Assembly: GCA_963804425.1 (NCBI GenBank)
Contig: CAWDQF010000009.1
Span: 92,666 to 156,665, forward strand
Length of the DNA: 64,000 bases
Direction: 5' to 3'
Source of the DNA: an uncultured Verrucomicrobiae bacterium
GTDB taxonomy: Bacteria > Verrucomicrobiota > Verrucomicrobiia > Chthoniobacterales > JAFAMB01
The notes under the pieces are model-generated. The model did no database searches. It saw only the letters and a program-made list of their open reading frames with translations, and was not told the origin of the DNA. Shown one piece after another: positions 27,701 to 32,000 of the stretch; the first letter of the stretch is position 1; every line of letters begins with the position of its first letter. The translations under genes were made by a program, and so were the position numbers.

Positions 27701-29074
27701 CAGCGCGTGATAGCTTTCTTCGAGAAACAACCGGTGCTGCGGATCCGTCACTTCGGCTTCCCGTCCGGAGATGTTGAAAAACAACGGATCAAATTCCGCC
27801 GCGTCGGACAGGAATCCGCCCCGTTTCGTGCTGGTCGGTCTCAATGAATTCGGCTGAGCTGCGCCCCGGTAATCCCAACGATCGGAAGGCGCTTCCGAAA
27901 TGCTATTTCTACCCGCAAGAAGATTCTCCCAGAACTGCTGGACATTTTCGGCGCCGGGGAAGCGGCCGGATATTCCGATTACCGCTATATCCGTTTCTCG
28001 AACCCCGCTCGCGATCGGTGCAACCGATTTGGCGACAAGCCCGGTAGGGCCGCGCTCCTGCGCAGCCGCAAGACCTTGCTCCTCCCTTTCGGTGATCTTA
28101 GCCTCTCCTTCCTCGCTGGTCTCCGAAGATCCCGGCCGGCATTGGTCGCTGATGTAGGTGGTCAGTTTTTCGACACTGGCGTAATCGAATAAGATGGTCG
28201 GCTTGAGCTCCAGTTTCAGTTGCCGGTTCAGCTCGTTCACCAAAATAACGCTGCCGATCGAATCGATGCCAAACTCGGTAAAGGGCGACGAGGTATCGAG
28301 AACACCCGGCGGAAGCTGCAGCATCTGTTCGACCAAACTGATGATGAGCTGGCGGACTGCCTCTCTGTTGGGAAGCGCCCCTGGTCGACTGAGCGTTTGT
28401 TCTGCGGTTCGAAGCGGTACTATGGGGCTCGGCGTCGGAATTTGCTTTTCCGGTAAAGGAACCGCTATCGACTCCGTCTCGCCCGATCGAATATCAACCG
28501 CCGCTGTAGCGCTCACCCGGCCGTCACTTCGGGCAATTAGGCCGTCGATTTCAATTGGATCAGAAGTCCTGGATTGTCCATCACTGCGTGCCGCGATTCC
28601 CTGAAACCCGGCAGCCACCAGCCACACCTTCAAACGCTGAGTCATCTCAGTCTTCGACGCTAATATAAGAGTCCCATTTCGTTTCAGCAGTCGTTTGAGA
28701 CCGGTCAGAGTGTTGGAGGAGATCTTGGGGTCGCCTTCCAAAAGCGCAATCAGATCGAACGCGCCGACCGGCAGCTGCACGTCTCGATCACTCGGCAGAA
28801 GTACTGGATCAATACCAACTGCAGCTCGTTCAAAGCGTTGTCGCCAATTCTCCAGCTCGGCGGTAGATCGGAACGCCCGCGTACAAATTGGTCTACTGGA
28901 CAAGTTCTGCCATCCCGCCAGAAACGCTTCTTCAGCACTCTCTGGCAATGGGCCAATGAGCAAGGCGCGATGCTCCGATAGATTTTGAACGCGCGAGCCT
29001 AACTCCTGAACGTAGAGGAAAATCGCCGAGCCGATTTTTTCGAAATCGCGTTTGCTAGTGGCTGAGGGTTTCAT
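9761..29074 (-). CDS. trans-AT polyketide synthase, 6437 aa: MT-like remnant-ACP-KS-DH-KR-ACP-KS-KR-ACP-KS-DH-KR-ACP-KS-DH-KR-ACP-BAHD-like acyltransferase
   Basis: Single uninterrupted ORF with ATG at 29072-29074, 11 nt after the upstream stop and preceded by GGAAG. Four KS domains each have DTACSSS / HGTGT / NIGH, with no in-line AT (no GHSxG). Domain motifs are listed in the sub-features. Confidence 0.96.
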   Translation of the reverse strand: MKPSATSKRDFEKIGSAIFLYVQELGSRVQNLSEHRALLIGPLPESAEEAFLAGWQNLSSRPICTRAFRSTAELENWRQRFERAAVGIDPVLLPSDRDVQLPVGAFDLIALLEGDPKISSNTLTGLKRLLKRNGTLILASKTEMTQRLKVWLVAAGFQGIAARSDGQSRTSDPIEIDGLIARSDGRVSATAAVDIRSGETESIAVPLPEKQIPTPSPIVPLRTAEQTLSRPGALPNREAVRQLIISLVEQMLQLPPGVLDTSSPFTEFGIDSIGSVILVNELNRQLKLELKPTILFDYASVEKLTTYISDQCRPGSSETSEEGEAKITEREEQGLAAAQERGPTGLVAKSVAPIASGVRETDIAVIGISGRFPGAENVQQFWENLLAGRNSISEAPSDRWDYRGAAQPNSLRPTSTKRGGFLSDAAEFDPLFFNISGREAEVTDPQHRLFLEESYHALEDAGYAGPSAQLAKKCGVFVGVEPGDYLHVLMESGDRNQNAPVFQGNAESILAARIAYFLDLKGPSIAINTACSSSLVAIHLACQSLINGECDLALAGGVRVFASEKAYVALGNMGMLSPDGQCKTFDERADGFVPGEAVGVLVLKPLSVALRDGDHIDGVIKGSAINQDGRTNGITAPSSLSQTQVELEVYEKFSLKPETFQYVEAHGTGTKLGDPIEIEALTAAFKKSTSNKSFCGIGSVKTNIGHTMAAAGVCSVIKVLLSLRHSKIPPSLNLQKVNPYIDFAGSPFFVNVAVQDWPAVSGQPRRAAISSFGFSGTNSHLVLEEAPRKETPKREALKLAYLVALSAKSEEALQRQLKQLCDWLGEQESSTDLEQISFTLNVGRGHFEHRCACVVSSIGELHDALKRTVSGELTNNIWRSPGNRSDQSDAAVFGTLAEALLKETISQKGGPNYREKLSALAALYVKGHDFDGKLLHAGERHQRISLPTYPFARERYWIAPVVKGDASEDGLGRARQERLHPLVHLNNSASDRNEFLSSFEGSEFFLNEHRIRGVKILPGVAYLEMAIAATRRLTNESRLSLKNVAWLRPLDCDKAKRVAIRLSRDGHEVRFGIWSGDGDILHAEGRAICGVNLPERREDLSLIRARCAHTESSDLIYARCAEAGLALGPAFRTIQEIWVGQNEALARLEVPARITPAAVEFCLHPGLLDGALQTIAVLGRGQGLGLPVPFALREVRFGELGANCYAHVRRGVEENGLLRFDIDLLNDLGQVLVELNGLAMRALAVESSAEHDEPIYVRPTWRKTPLGAIPTQLSGRLLLFDSDEEMANEISRVYPGLDVVPVIPGAFFQPLEVGFRVQPDSIQDFEKLLQIRPPDFVIYRWATSCGDTSEALDRCILPLFSFVRTLLLQGINSPIQLLVPYQSVENPAYAALAGYARTLQQERPNIRLKVVESVVAGASQLICELRDQARDTEVRYVDGERQVRGLELLLPESLAELPLRERGVYLIAGGLGGLGRIFARYLAKAYQARLILLGRSEATAEQTTFLNELESLGAKPLYLGADVAVRQDLETALAKGRSRFGEIHGVIHAAGVIRDGFILNKEDFASVIRPKVFGAIALDELTTKDPLDFFVLFSSIAGVFGNVGQSDYAYANRFLDEFAHLRERRRRRSECAGVTVSIGWPAWRNGGMHSNEELELRKLSQVGLKALEDETGFLIFETALRAGAPEIVGLVGRKESVYSLIAPPQEGRRIRQSEERAKFAENSAGSSRMRDETLKYLTCAFSELVKIPVSRIQPTDPLEKFGVDSIMVLEFTQKLEGDFGDLSKTLLFEHRNLSELAGYFLSSHAVRLEELFSAGGSEVMRGASEQSIPPPQRPPSASEEKLTRVSIPTEVASNDVAIIGVFGRYPMADDLDQFWENLLNGKDCIVEIPPERWDYRLFYDPEPGKPGKTRNKWGGFLNHVDRFDAQFFNITPREAFALDPQERLFLETAWRTVEDAGYRKSALASKKVGVFVGVMYGEYQLHGAGNVETGSVFPLSSSYASIANRVSYVFDWRGPSMAIDTMCSSSLTAIHLACESLRRGESELALAGGVNATLHPHKDMLLSPGGFAASDGRCRSFGEGGDGYVPGEGVGAVLLKPLAQAIADGDHVHAIVKASSLNHGGKTNGYTVPNPKAQAELILEALTLGQVNPQTINYVEAHGTGTALGDPIEIAGMTRAFREAAVSSLESHSCAVGSVKSNIGHLESAAGIAGVTKVLLQMKHGQIVRSLHSATPNPNISFAESIFYVPQTVETWKPQASCNNRPVRRAGVSSFGAGGANAHVLIDEFVGGDSQAPDVSPSLGPALFILSAGSEDRLRARAEQLASYLSRANPCEASPRDIAYTLQIGREPLEERLAFVANDLAEAGTNLARFLSGDASEGLYRGSAREGAERLQPLLDGDEGEAFLEAIIRQRKWSKLARFWVSGGHVEWERLYESVVVKRIALPTYPFAGERYWAPEKLKTLAKQSTAPQLPTQIDRAENKPIGAKPQNHEPAESPELVFLRPTWQERAIAEHTLPSLANLLLFDCDAGLQADIESKYPGWSVTRVVPGAEYAAGHGLITINPRSDEDFRRLVATTKPSLVIHRWIGASGGFDEGLQLGVFALFHLCQALIDPPLRSTLRVLVCDNENPDPARTAVAGFARALAQEQPQIQLRIVQSNRVDARLLSELFAHEGEWQIRWRDGTREVHLLEPFEPQNLDPVPLRARGVYLITGGLGGLGQIFATHLAKEFKARLVLTGRSVLTDESRSAIVELERLGAEVQYVQSDVGSAEDVDKLVRSANEWFGGLNGIVHAAGVLRDAFLLKKSFSAFADVLRAKVHGVALLDEATKEEQLDFFALFSSTAGVFGNAGQIDYSYANAFLDAFASAREKRRRAGERHGKAFSINWPLWKETGMSVRSVHIEERLKQIGLYPLFKDVGLSIFAAALGAAESQIVPLFGIRQTINRSLLGGRETAETIESKAALQINEASLLERTEIYLKGLLAEVTQVPLARLDSHQRFEEFGVDSIVVSDFNLRIEKDLGPLPKTLLFEHVNFRQLNRHLVEAFGPRLARFFANDSTIEPVNLDQPAKESQRERDRKSLTVDRPSSSSAAPQEIAIIGLAGRYPKANDIRAFWDVLRAGTDCITEIPKHRWDINRFFDPDPEKAAAGKMYARWGAFLDDVDKFDPLFFNIAPLEAELMDPQERLFLETAWTVLEDAGYTRRDLARWVRREYATNVGVFVGVTSNSYAAVARDSGHGRAVPTTLPWSLANRVSYLFNFNGPSIPVDTACSSSLTAIHLACEAIRRGECQQAIAGGVNLYLHPSRYVSLCLTRMLSTDGKCRAFGEGGSGFVPGEGVGAVFLKPLSLALADRDHIYGVIKGSAVNHGGRTNGYTVPNPVAQSDLIKRALREANVEPRTLTYLEAHGTGTSLGDPIELAGLTKAFTEAGDEPPVAGLCALGSVKTNIGHLESAAGIAGLTKVLLQFKAGELVPSLHCEAVNPNITLEGTPFRLQRRLEPWSPLVINDETWPRRAGISSFGAGGANAHLVVEEFVSPVHRQNTANEASVLIVLSARCEESLRQFAASLARFSRRSIEGETPIQSIAYTLQVGRESFEERIGFVVGDRDELIAKLDQIATGDLAGAIHGRVRRERIQVSAEADEPEPDSAITSALQQGDLEELAKLWVGGAAIDWRVLWGERLPVRRISLPGYTFRRGRYWIEVATEHKPTGEGQKPKLHPLVERSESKPNGCVYRSRLASNEIVLRDHQIGNNNVLPGAASLELAMFAATQVLADSNVRLRNVVWLRPLIAKPDGLNIALHLVWDGADRCAFALKDADDQLAMQGKAERIDSFDSERQDLEEIRARCTASISPEQIYRAFANRQLRYGPGFQVLQDIRCGQGEVLAELQVPLGWTDGTYRLHPVLIDGALQSLAVLGSRGEGVELPFALESLQCRNALPQHCYAYCQVQGEEDVVRRFEIRLLNENGEVLAQLAGLSMRRSESQRDEIVLCRPVWSPEPIERQPGKFGKILLFDEEADLVSRIQGQGISVVRVVPADQFARDGTVIRIRRGHQEDYERVCQEVEFDAIVHAWSARGIAPEESVERGPLSVHRLAKALIKSGKVVPWLYIYPQGEPVYEAVAGYAKSLQQEQPMLHLKTVGTTDCNPDLVAELNDSRFEVRYHNGLREVRGLDECVIPSLPLEPGLKQGSVYLVTGGAGGLGRIFSDHLLRNFDARLVLVGRSELPRDRQEKLGSSTIYVRADVSTVEGATRAISEAKRQFGALHGIIHAAGELRDGLIRTKSEEDFSRVLGSKVRGAETIDQVTCDEALDCFILFSSTAALLGNAGQADYAYANAYLDAFTRRREELRLNGQRSGRTLSINWPLWREGGMRASEAALRFQAEIAGLRPLETAEGLSAFDQIVSMREAQCAVLCGSPRRLLSRLDAKADPNKSKASPSAARLDARVPKTELLDKLKDLVGKVLRLDPKVIESDADTSEYGFDSVTFTTLANELNAELGLEITPAVLFEYTTLETFAEFLCRKYSAEVTARIGLVTQPTIQEPAQSQAPVSQRKPEPVRENRNEIPRSLGDIAASEVRGVPKLTLQPIAVVGMSGIFPGSPNLNVFWQNLETGADLISKPALERWSFPAVRSEVNGAEEPIELPWGGFMPGVDQFDSLFFDISPREAELMDPQQRLFLQTVWHTLEDAGYRKSDLAGTKTGLFVGVAANDYANLLAMAGVPIEAYSSTGNAHSVLANRVSFYFDWHGPSEAIDTACSSSLVAVHRAIESMASGSCDLALVGGVNVLLSPGAFLAFGKAGMLCEDGRCKAFDSRANGYVRGEGVGAILLKPLDQALQDHDHIYGVIRGSAENHGGRARGLTVPNPNAQAELLQDAYTRAGIDPFTIGYIEAHGTGTSLGDPIEVNGLKKAFGHNRGDIPESRCAVGSVKTNIGHLETAAGIAGIIKALLAMRHRRIPGNVHLAQLNPYIQIDGTPFYFPEKTVSWEPAVDRANRVLPRRAGVSSFGFGGANAHILLEEFPREMDRSDRSEDSERPELFLFTARSSETLTELIGEFIQYLRLLKSEKTGLPKPSLRQIAFTLQTGREPLNERLAIIASDIDRLIFDLERFEQSDRADAFTGNINDTKTSLRLLREVHQDDQFLEPLIEGRELAKLARLWIGGLNVAWEKLWTGEEVMRVSLPGYPFEQHRFWIPKVVSGDGFDLSRTTGYRLHPLLHRNESTLKAQVYQSEFTGEEVFFRDHRVAGQKVFPGAASLELALVGASLALESVSVALRQVVWLRPVVIGSKTVNVRLQLHPETIGPIRFELRNPEAEVHVSGKAESTEPFLREELDLVAIRSRCEQEVSTAELYRTFAERGLEYGVGFRVIRQIQRGRAEVLSTLEVPAAWGHESFRLHPALVDGAFQSLAVIGGSIDRGVELPFGVEEVICPQPLPQRCLAFVRLSPSDNGEQRYDIKLLNEEGQVLASILGLSLRRAQTGKAEPFFFTPRWSQSESVATNGTSMKGPLLLFDDQTELANTLSQKEVATVRVICGDCYQRSEDTVTIRREDGADYARLVQETEFARVIHRWSRPTPTMDEALASGVSSVHLLVQALLKAKKRRPIAFLYPVGIPAFEAVGGYAKTLLQEQPDLQLKTIGIDSESVDLLPELENAELEVRYLAGRREVRSLETASVSNADQPALRRGAVYLISGGAGGLGRIFARYLIERYDARVVLAGRSSLDEPVLRDLGRNAAYVSADISTWEGAQKAVDYVKNCYGTINSVVHAAGVLRDGLIWSKTSADFGAVLGPKVRGAEALDAATVQERLDCFIVFSSMAGLLGNAGQSDYAYANAYLDAFAHRREELRRNGERSGRTLSINWPLWRGGGMSGNFETDRAAALGLQLLEPNQGLQLFEYALASELVQVWTGVGDREKIRTRLLAGRVEPQSCQSTARARGEEPKPGTSKTELIAYLTRVFATVMRLEERQVKPAESLESYGFDSILAVEFSQLLAKDFGELSQTLLFEYPTIESLAAYLIERTSNQRERLIERRDQAISTNGISIARLGGTAELRRRLELAPTDYLFVDPRRLAIQVLYYFENRLDFQRLKTGLERVAKEFYPINSKLVPDGDREYVIAESSDTPDFAEIVCGEAVSLPQQDEPATFESFRVAFNPLLASEKLAKFRLIQLERGSLLSVNVSHAIADGYSYYYFLSAWAAASRSEPFQVPDHSRAILARLAKIYQEKQGDKISASEAEMNLTPVDPSFDPTTQRIETLHIDPESLLAEARKGADAETRVRLTENGVLAALVWQTYARSLPEDSGELTLACPIDFRRIIPELSPAFFGNASAPALIRLSNEAVRNASIGQLAVRISDEIRRCDATTFIRYSAMIDKLRTQRGLAAVDRMGLVDPRNGLIVTNVARFPLPPIDFGAGIFSREYTPTNYAGTGVIVSEGPRIKVRLAYPDLVVS
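9764..10957 (-). other. C-terminal BAHD-like / condensation-superfamily acyltransferase domain (putative chain-release domain)
   Basis: About 400 aa after ACP12. LKTGLERVAKEFYPINSKLVPDGDREYVI resembles the BAHD FYPLAGRL block. NVSHAIADGYSYYYFLSAWA carries HxxxDG (codons 10553-10570). IDFGAGIF near the C-terminus corresponds to DFGWG (9872-9886). No GxSxG thioesterase follows. Confidence 0.75.
11057..11272 (-). other. ACP12 (terminal carrier)
   Basis: LESYGFDSILAVEF; Ser codon 11165-11167 (TCC, checked on the nucleotide sequence). Confidence 0.88.
11501..12652 (-). other. KR8 ketoreductase (B-type signature)
   Basis: AVYLISGGAGGLGRIFARYL; HAAGVLRDGL; SSMAGLLGNAGQSDYAYAN. Confidence 0.85.
12674..13477 (-). 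other. DH6 dehydratase
   Basis: HPLLHRN; FRDHRVAGQKVFPGAASLE; LHPALVDGAFQS. Confidence 0.85.
14045..15340 (-). other. KS12 ketosynthase
   Basis: QPIAVVGMSGIFPGS; IDTACSSS (Cys codon 14828-14830); EAHGTGTSLGDPIE; GSVKTNIGH; flanking subdomain ends VSLPGYPFEQHRFW. Confidence 0.92.
15533..15748 (-). other. ACP11
   Basis: TSEYGFDSVTFTTL; Ser codon 15644-15646. Confidence 0.85.
15971..17122 (-). other. KR7 ketoreductase (B-type signature)
   Basis: SVYLVTGGAGGLGRIFSDHL; HAAGELRDGL; SSTAALLGNAGQADYAYAN. Confidence 0.85.
17141..17941 (-). other. DH5 dehydratase
   Basis: HPLVERS; LRDHQIGNNNVLPGAASLE; LHPVLIDGALQS. Confidence 0.85.
18491..19804 (-). other. KS11 ketosynthase
   Basis: EIAIIGLAGRYPKA; VDTACSSS (Cys codon 19274-19276); EAHGTGTSLGDPIE; GSVKTNIGH; flanking subdomain ends ISLPGYTFRRGRYW. 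Confidence 0.92.
19955..20173 (-). other. ACP10
   Basis: FEEFGVDSIVVSDF; Ser codon 20063-20065. Confidence 0.85.
20390..21586 (-). other. KR6 ketoreductase (B-type signature; no DH in this module)
   Basis: GVYLITGGLGGLGQIFATHL; HAAGVLRDAF; SSTAGVFGNAGQIDYSYAN. Confidence 0.85.
22220..23515 (-). other. KS10 ketosynthase
   Basis: DVAIIGVFGRYPMADD; IDTMCSSS (Cys codon 23006-23008); EAHGTGTALGDPIE; GSVKSNIGH; flanking subdomain ends IALPTYPFAGERYW. Confidence 0.92.
23669..23887 (-). other. ACP9
   Basis: LEKFGVDSIMVLEF; Ser codon 23780-23782. Confidence 0.85.
24125..25312 (-). other. KR5 ketoreductase (B-type signature)
   Basis: GVYLIAGGLGGLGRIFARYL; HAAGVIRDGF; SSIAGVFGNVGQSDYAYAN. Confidence 0.85.
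25340..26146 (-). other. DH4 dehydratase
   Basis: HPLVHLN; LNEHRIRGVKILPGVAYLE; LHPGLLDGALQT. Confidence 0.85.
26717..27994 (-). other. KS9 ketosynthase
   Basis: DIAVIGISGRFPGA; INTACSSS (Cys codon 27482-27484); EAHGTGTKLGDPIE; GSVKTNIGH. Followed by a flanking subdomain ending ISLPTYPFARERYW, with no AT. Confidence 0.92.
28151..28363 (-). other. ACP8
   Basis: FTEFGIDSIGSVILVNEL; Ser codon 28259-28261. Confidence 0.85.
28505..29074 (-). other. degenerate class-I methyltransferase-like N-terminal domain (SAM motif I lost)
   Basis: aa 1-190. GAFDLIALLEGDPKISSNTLTGLKRLLKRNGTLILAS parallels GSADIVLAANAIHVARDLHDGLNLLKGLLTANGLLVMLE of cMT2. Where GxGxG should be, the sequence is ALLIGPLPES. Confidence 0.6.
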
Positions 29075-29085
29075 TGCTTCCGTGC

Positions 29086-32000
29086 CTACTCAAAAAGTTT
29101 AGCTGCCAAGACTGCATGCACTTCCTCCAGGCATTCCTGGCTCTCACTGAGATAAGTCAGCTGCTCGGTTGGATCGATACCCATCCGGCGAAGCGCTTCC
29201 TGATTCGCATGCAGGTAGGCCGCCTGGGCGATACCGCCCTGCAGCACGCGTTCGATTGCCTGCATACCGTCTTCGGCGCGAATCACCCCGAGTCCCGCAC
29301 CCCGCATGGTGGTCCGAATAGATGAGCTGAAGCTGTGATCCCAAAAACCCCAGTTAATCACATGAACCGGGAATCCAACCTGCCGCTGGATCTCGGGCGC
29401 GTAGGCGTCAACAAAACAGCAAGCGGCAGCGTAAATCGCCCGACGCGCTTCATTGAAAAAGCTCTGAGCCGAGTTCAGAAACAGCAGAAAATCGATTGGC
29501 AGTCCACGGGTCAATTCGGTCAACACAACTGCTGATCCGGTCTTCGCCGACAAGATCTCGTCGGCGGCGGTCGCATCCAACCTGCGCAGAATCTCATCCT
29601 GAAACACGAACGCGGAATGAATGACGCCATGTAGTGAACCATACTTGCTTTGCGCCAGGTCGATCGCTACGCGGAGCGCGGCGGGATCATCCCCGGATCC
29701 CTGTACATAGCTGACCTCGCCGCCTTCCGCCCGGACTTGGTCGGTTCGGCTTTCGATGACAACATCCAACGGTCTACGACCAATCCAGACCAGTCGCGCC
29801 TGGTAGTTGCGGGCGAGATATAAGCTCAGTTCGGTACCGACACTTCCCCCTCCTCCAACGATCAAATATACGCCCTGATTCCGAAACCTGGAATGATCGA
29901 GGGGAGGTAGGTCAGTGAGATTCAATCGTAAACGGAATCGGCGTCCGGCACGGATCGCTACCTTTTCGCTGGCTCGCTGTGGCGGTTCCGCAGCGATCAG
30001 ACAGGCGGCCTGTTGCGCTGGGGCAAGGTCAGCCAGTTCCTGTTCGTCGACATCCAGAGCAGCAATATTCAGATGCGGATACTCTTTGCTTAACGACCCG
30101 GTCAGACCAGACAAGCCGGCAAAGTAAGGAGAAGTAGGCTCTCCTAAGACCGAATGGATTCCGGTCGTGACAATTCGCAGCCGAAGCGGCGTCGCCAGCC
30201 AGCCGAGCAAGTCCATCGAACGCAGCAATCGCGCCAATGCGATCACACCGAGCCGTTCGGACTCCCGTACTCGCGCCGGCTCCTCGCCGCCGCATTCTCC
30301 GGCTCCCACAAAACAGACAAAATCGGGACGAGGAACTTCTGAAAGACATAACTCGAAAGCTTTTGCCGACGAGGCATCGACTTCCCACTCCGCGGGTCCC
30401 AGGCGGCGAGCTACAGTTCCCAGCTTGATCGAATAAGTCGATCTCGCAGCCAATACCGACCGCAACGGTTTCTCCAACCCGTTGATACCCGAATGAACGA
30501 ACAGCAGGGATTCGACCGGCGCGAGCTGGATTTGGTCAAGGGGATGTTCGATCCAATCGGTTGTGAGAAACTGTCCTGCCGGTTCATCTTTGGAAAGCAT
30601 GGAAGGCGGCTTTGCTCCGTTGCTCTCAAACGCCAACTGACTAAAGTCCTCCGTATTCGCCGGTGCGTCGCCTTTCCCTTGCTTTTGACAAAGCTCGCGC
30701 AACTCCTCCAAATAAGGCAAAGACCCTAATACCGAGGCTGTATCCGCTCCGAAATCCAGCAAGCAGGCGATTTCGTCGACTCCGACTTCGCGGCATTTCT
30801 CGACCATCTCGACACAACCGGCTGGGTCACCGATCAATGATGCTTCCCGACAGTAACGCTCGAAGGAAAACTCAACCATCTTGTTGAGGTCTTCCGCTTT
30901 GATCTGATCACCGCCGGCGACCGCCGTTCGATGGGCATCGAGAGAACTCCGGATATACTCGAGAAATGGCTCGCGGACCAACTGGCGGGCATATTCCCGA
31001 TCTCGATGTACGAACGTGTGCAACATCAACGTGATCTTGCCGGTTGCCGGGTCAAAACCCGCCTTTAGTCGGGCCTCACGATAGCGTCGGATCTTCTCCG
31101 TAAGCTGCGCTAAGGTAGTTCCTTGGAGCATCGTCAAAACGTGATACCCTCGCCCTCCGGCATCGATAAAGGTTTCCACCCGCCGCGATGCGGTCAGCCA
31201 GATCGGCAGCTCCCTTTGGCACGGCTCAGGATAGATACGCAACCTGACCGTTTCCCCTTTCCCATTAATCCGTTCGATCGATTCACCGCGCCAAAGCTGT
31301 TGAACCTGCGGAATGCGTTCGAGCCAGACCTCGCGCAGTCGGGGATAAGCCTCCGGCCTGAGAGCAAAGTCGTTCGGATTCCATCCGCTGGCGAAAGCGA
31401 GATCCACGCGCCCGTGTGAGAGATTGTCGACCACCGACCAGGCCTCAGCTATCCGCAAAGGATCTTCGAGCGGCCCGACCACACTTCCTGCCCGCAAACG
31501 AATCCGTCGAGTAACCGTCGCTAGTGCTCCCGTCAGCGTCGCCGGCGAACTATAGATCCCTCCAAACGGATGGAAATGACGTTCCGGTGTCCAGATCCCA
31601 GTGAAACCGTGTTCATCCGCAAACTTCGCGGTCTCCAAGACAAGTTGATACTTATGCTTCGCGGCAACCTGGCTGTTGTCGCTGAAGAACATCACGCTAA
31701 ACTCTGGCTCAGTGACAATGCCGGACTCGGGCAGCGAAGTCGGCGAAGACAACTCAGTCACGCTCTGGATTTCGTGATGGGCCGCACGGCTACCATTGGT
31801 TTCGACCCGGGTCTGCGTCTCGGTCGCTATTGGCCTACCGGTATTGCTATCGCGTGTTTCAACCGGGAAGAAGCCTCCTTTGGGAACCCAGTAACGCTGT
31901 CTGGCAAAGGGGTACGTCGGAAGAGAAATTCGGCGAGGCTTCAGCCCGTGATAAAGCCGCGACCAATCGACCTGTGCTCCCGCAGTCCAAAGCTGCGCTA

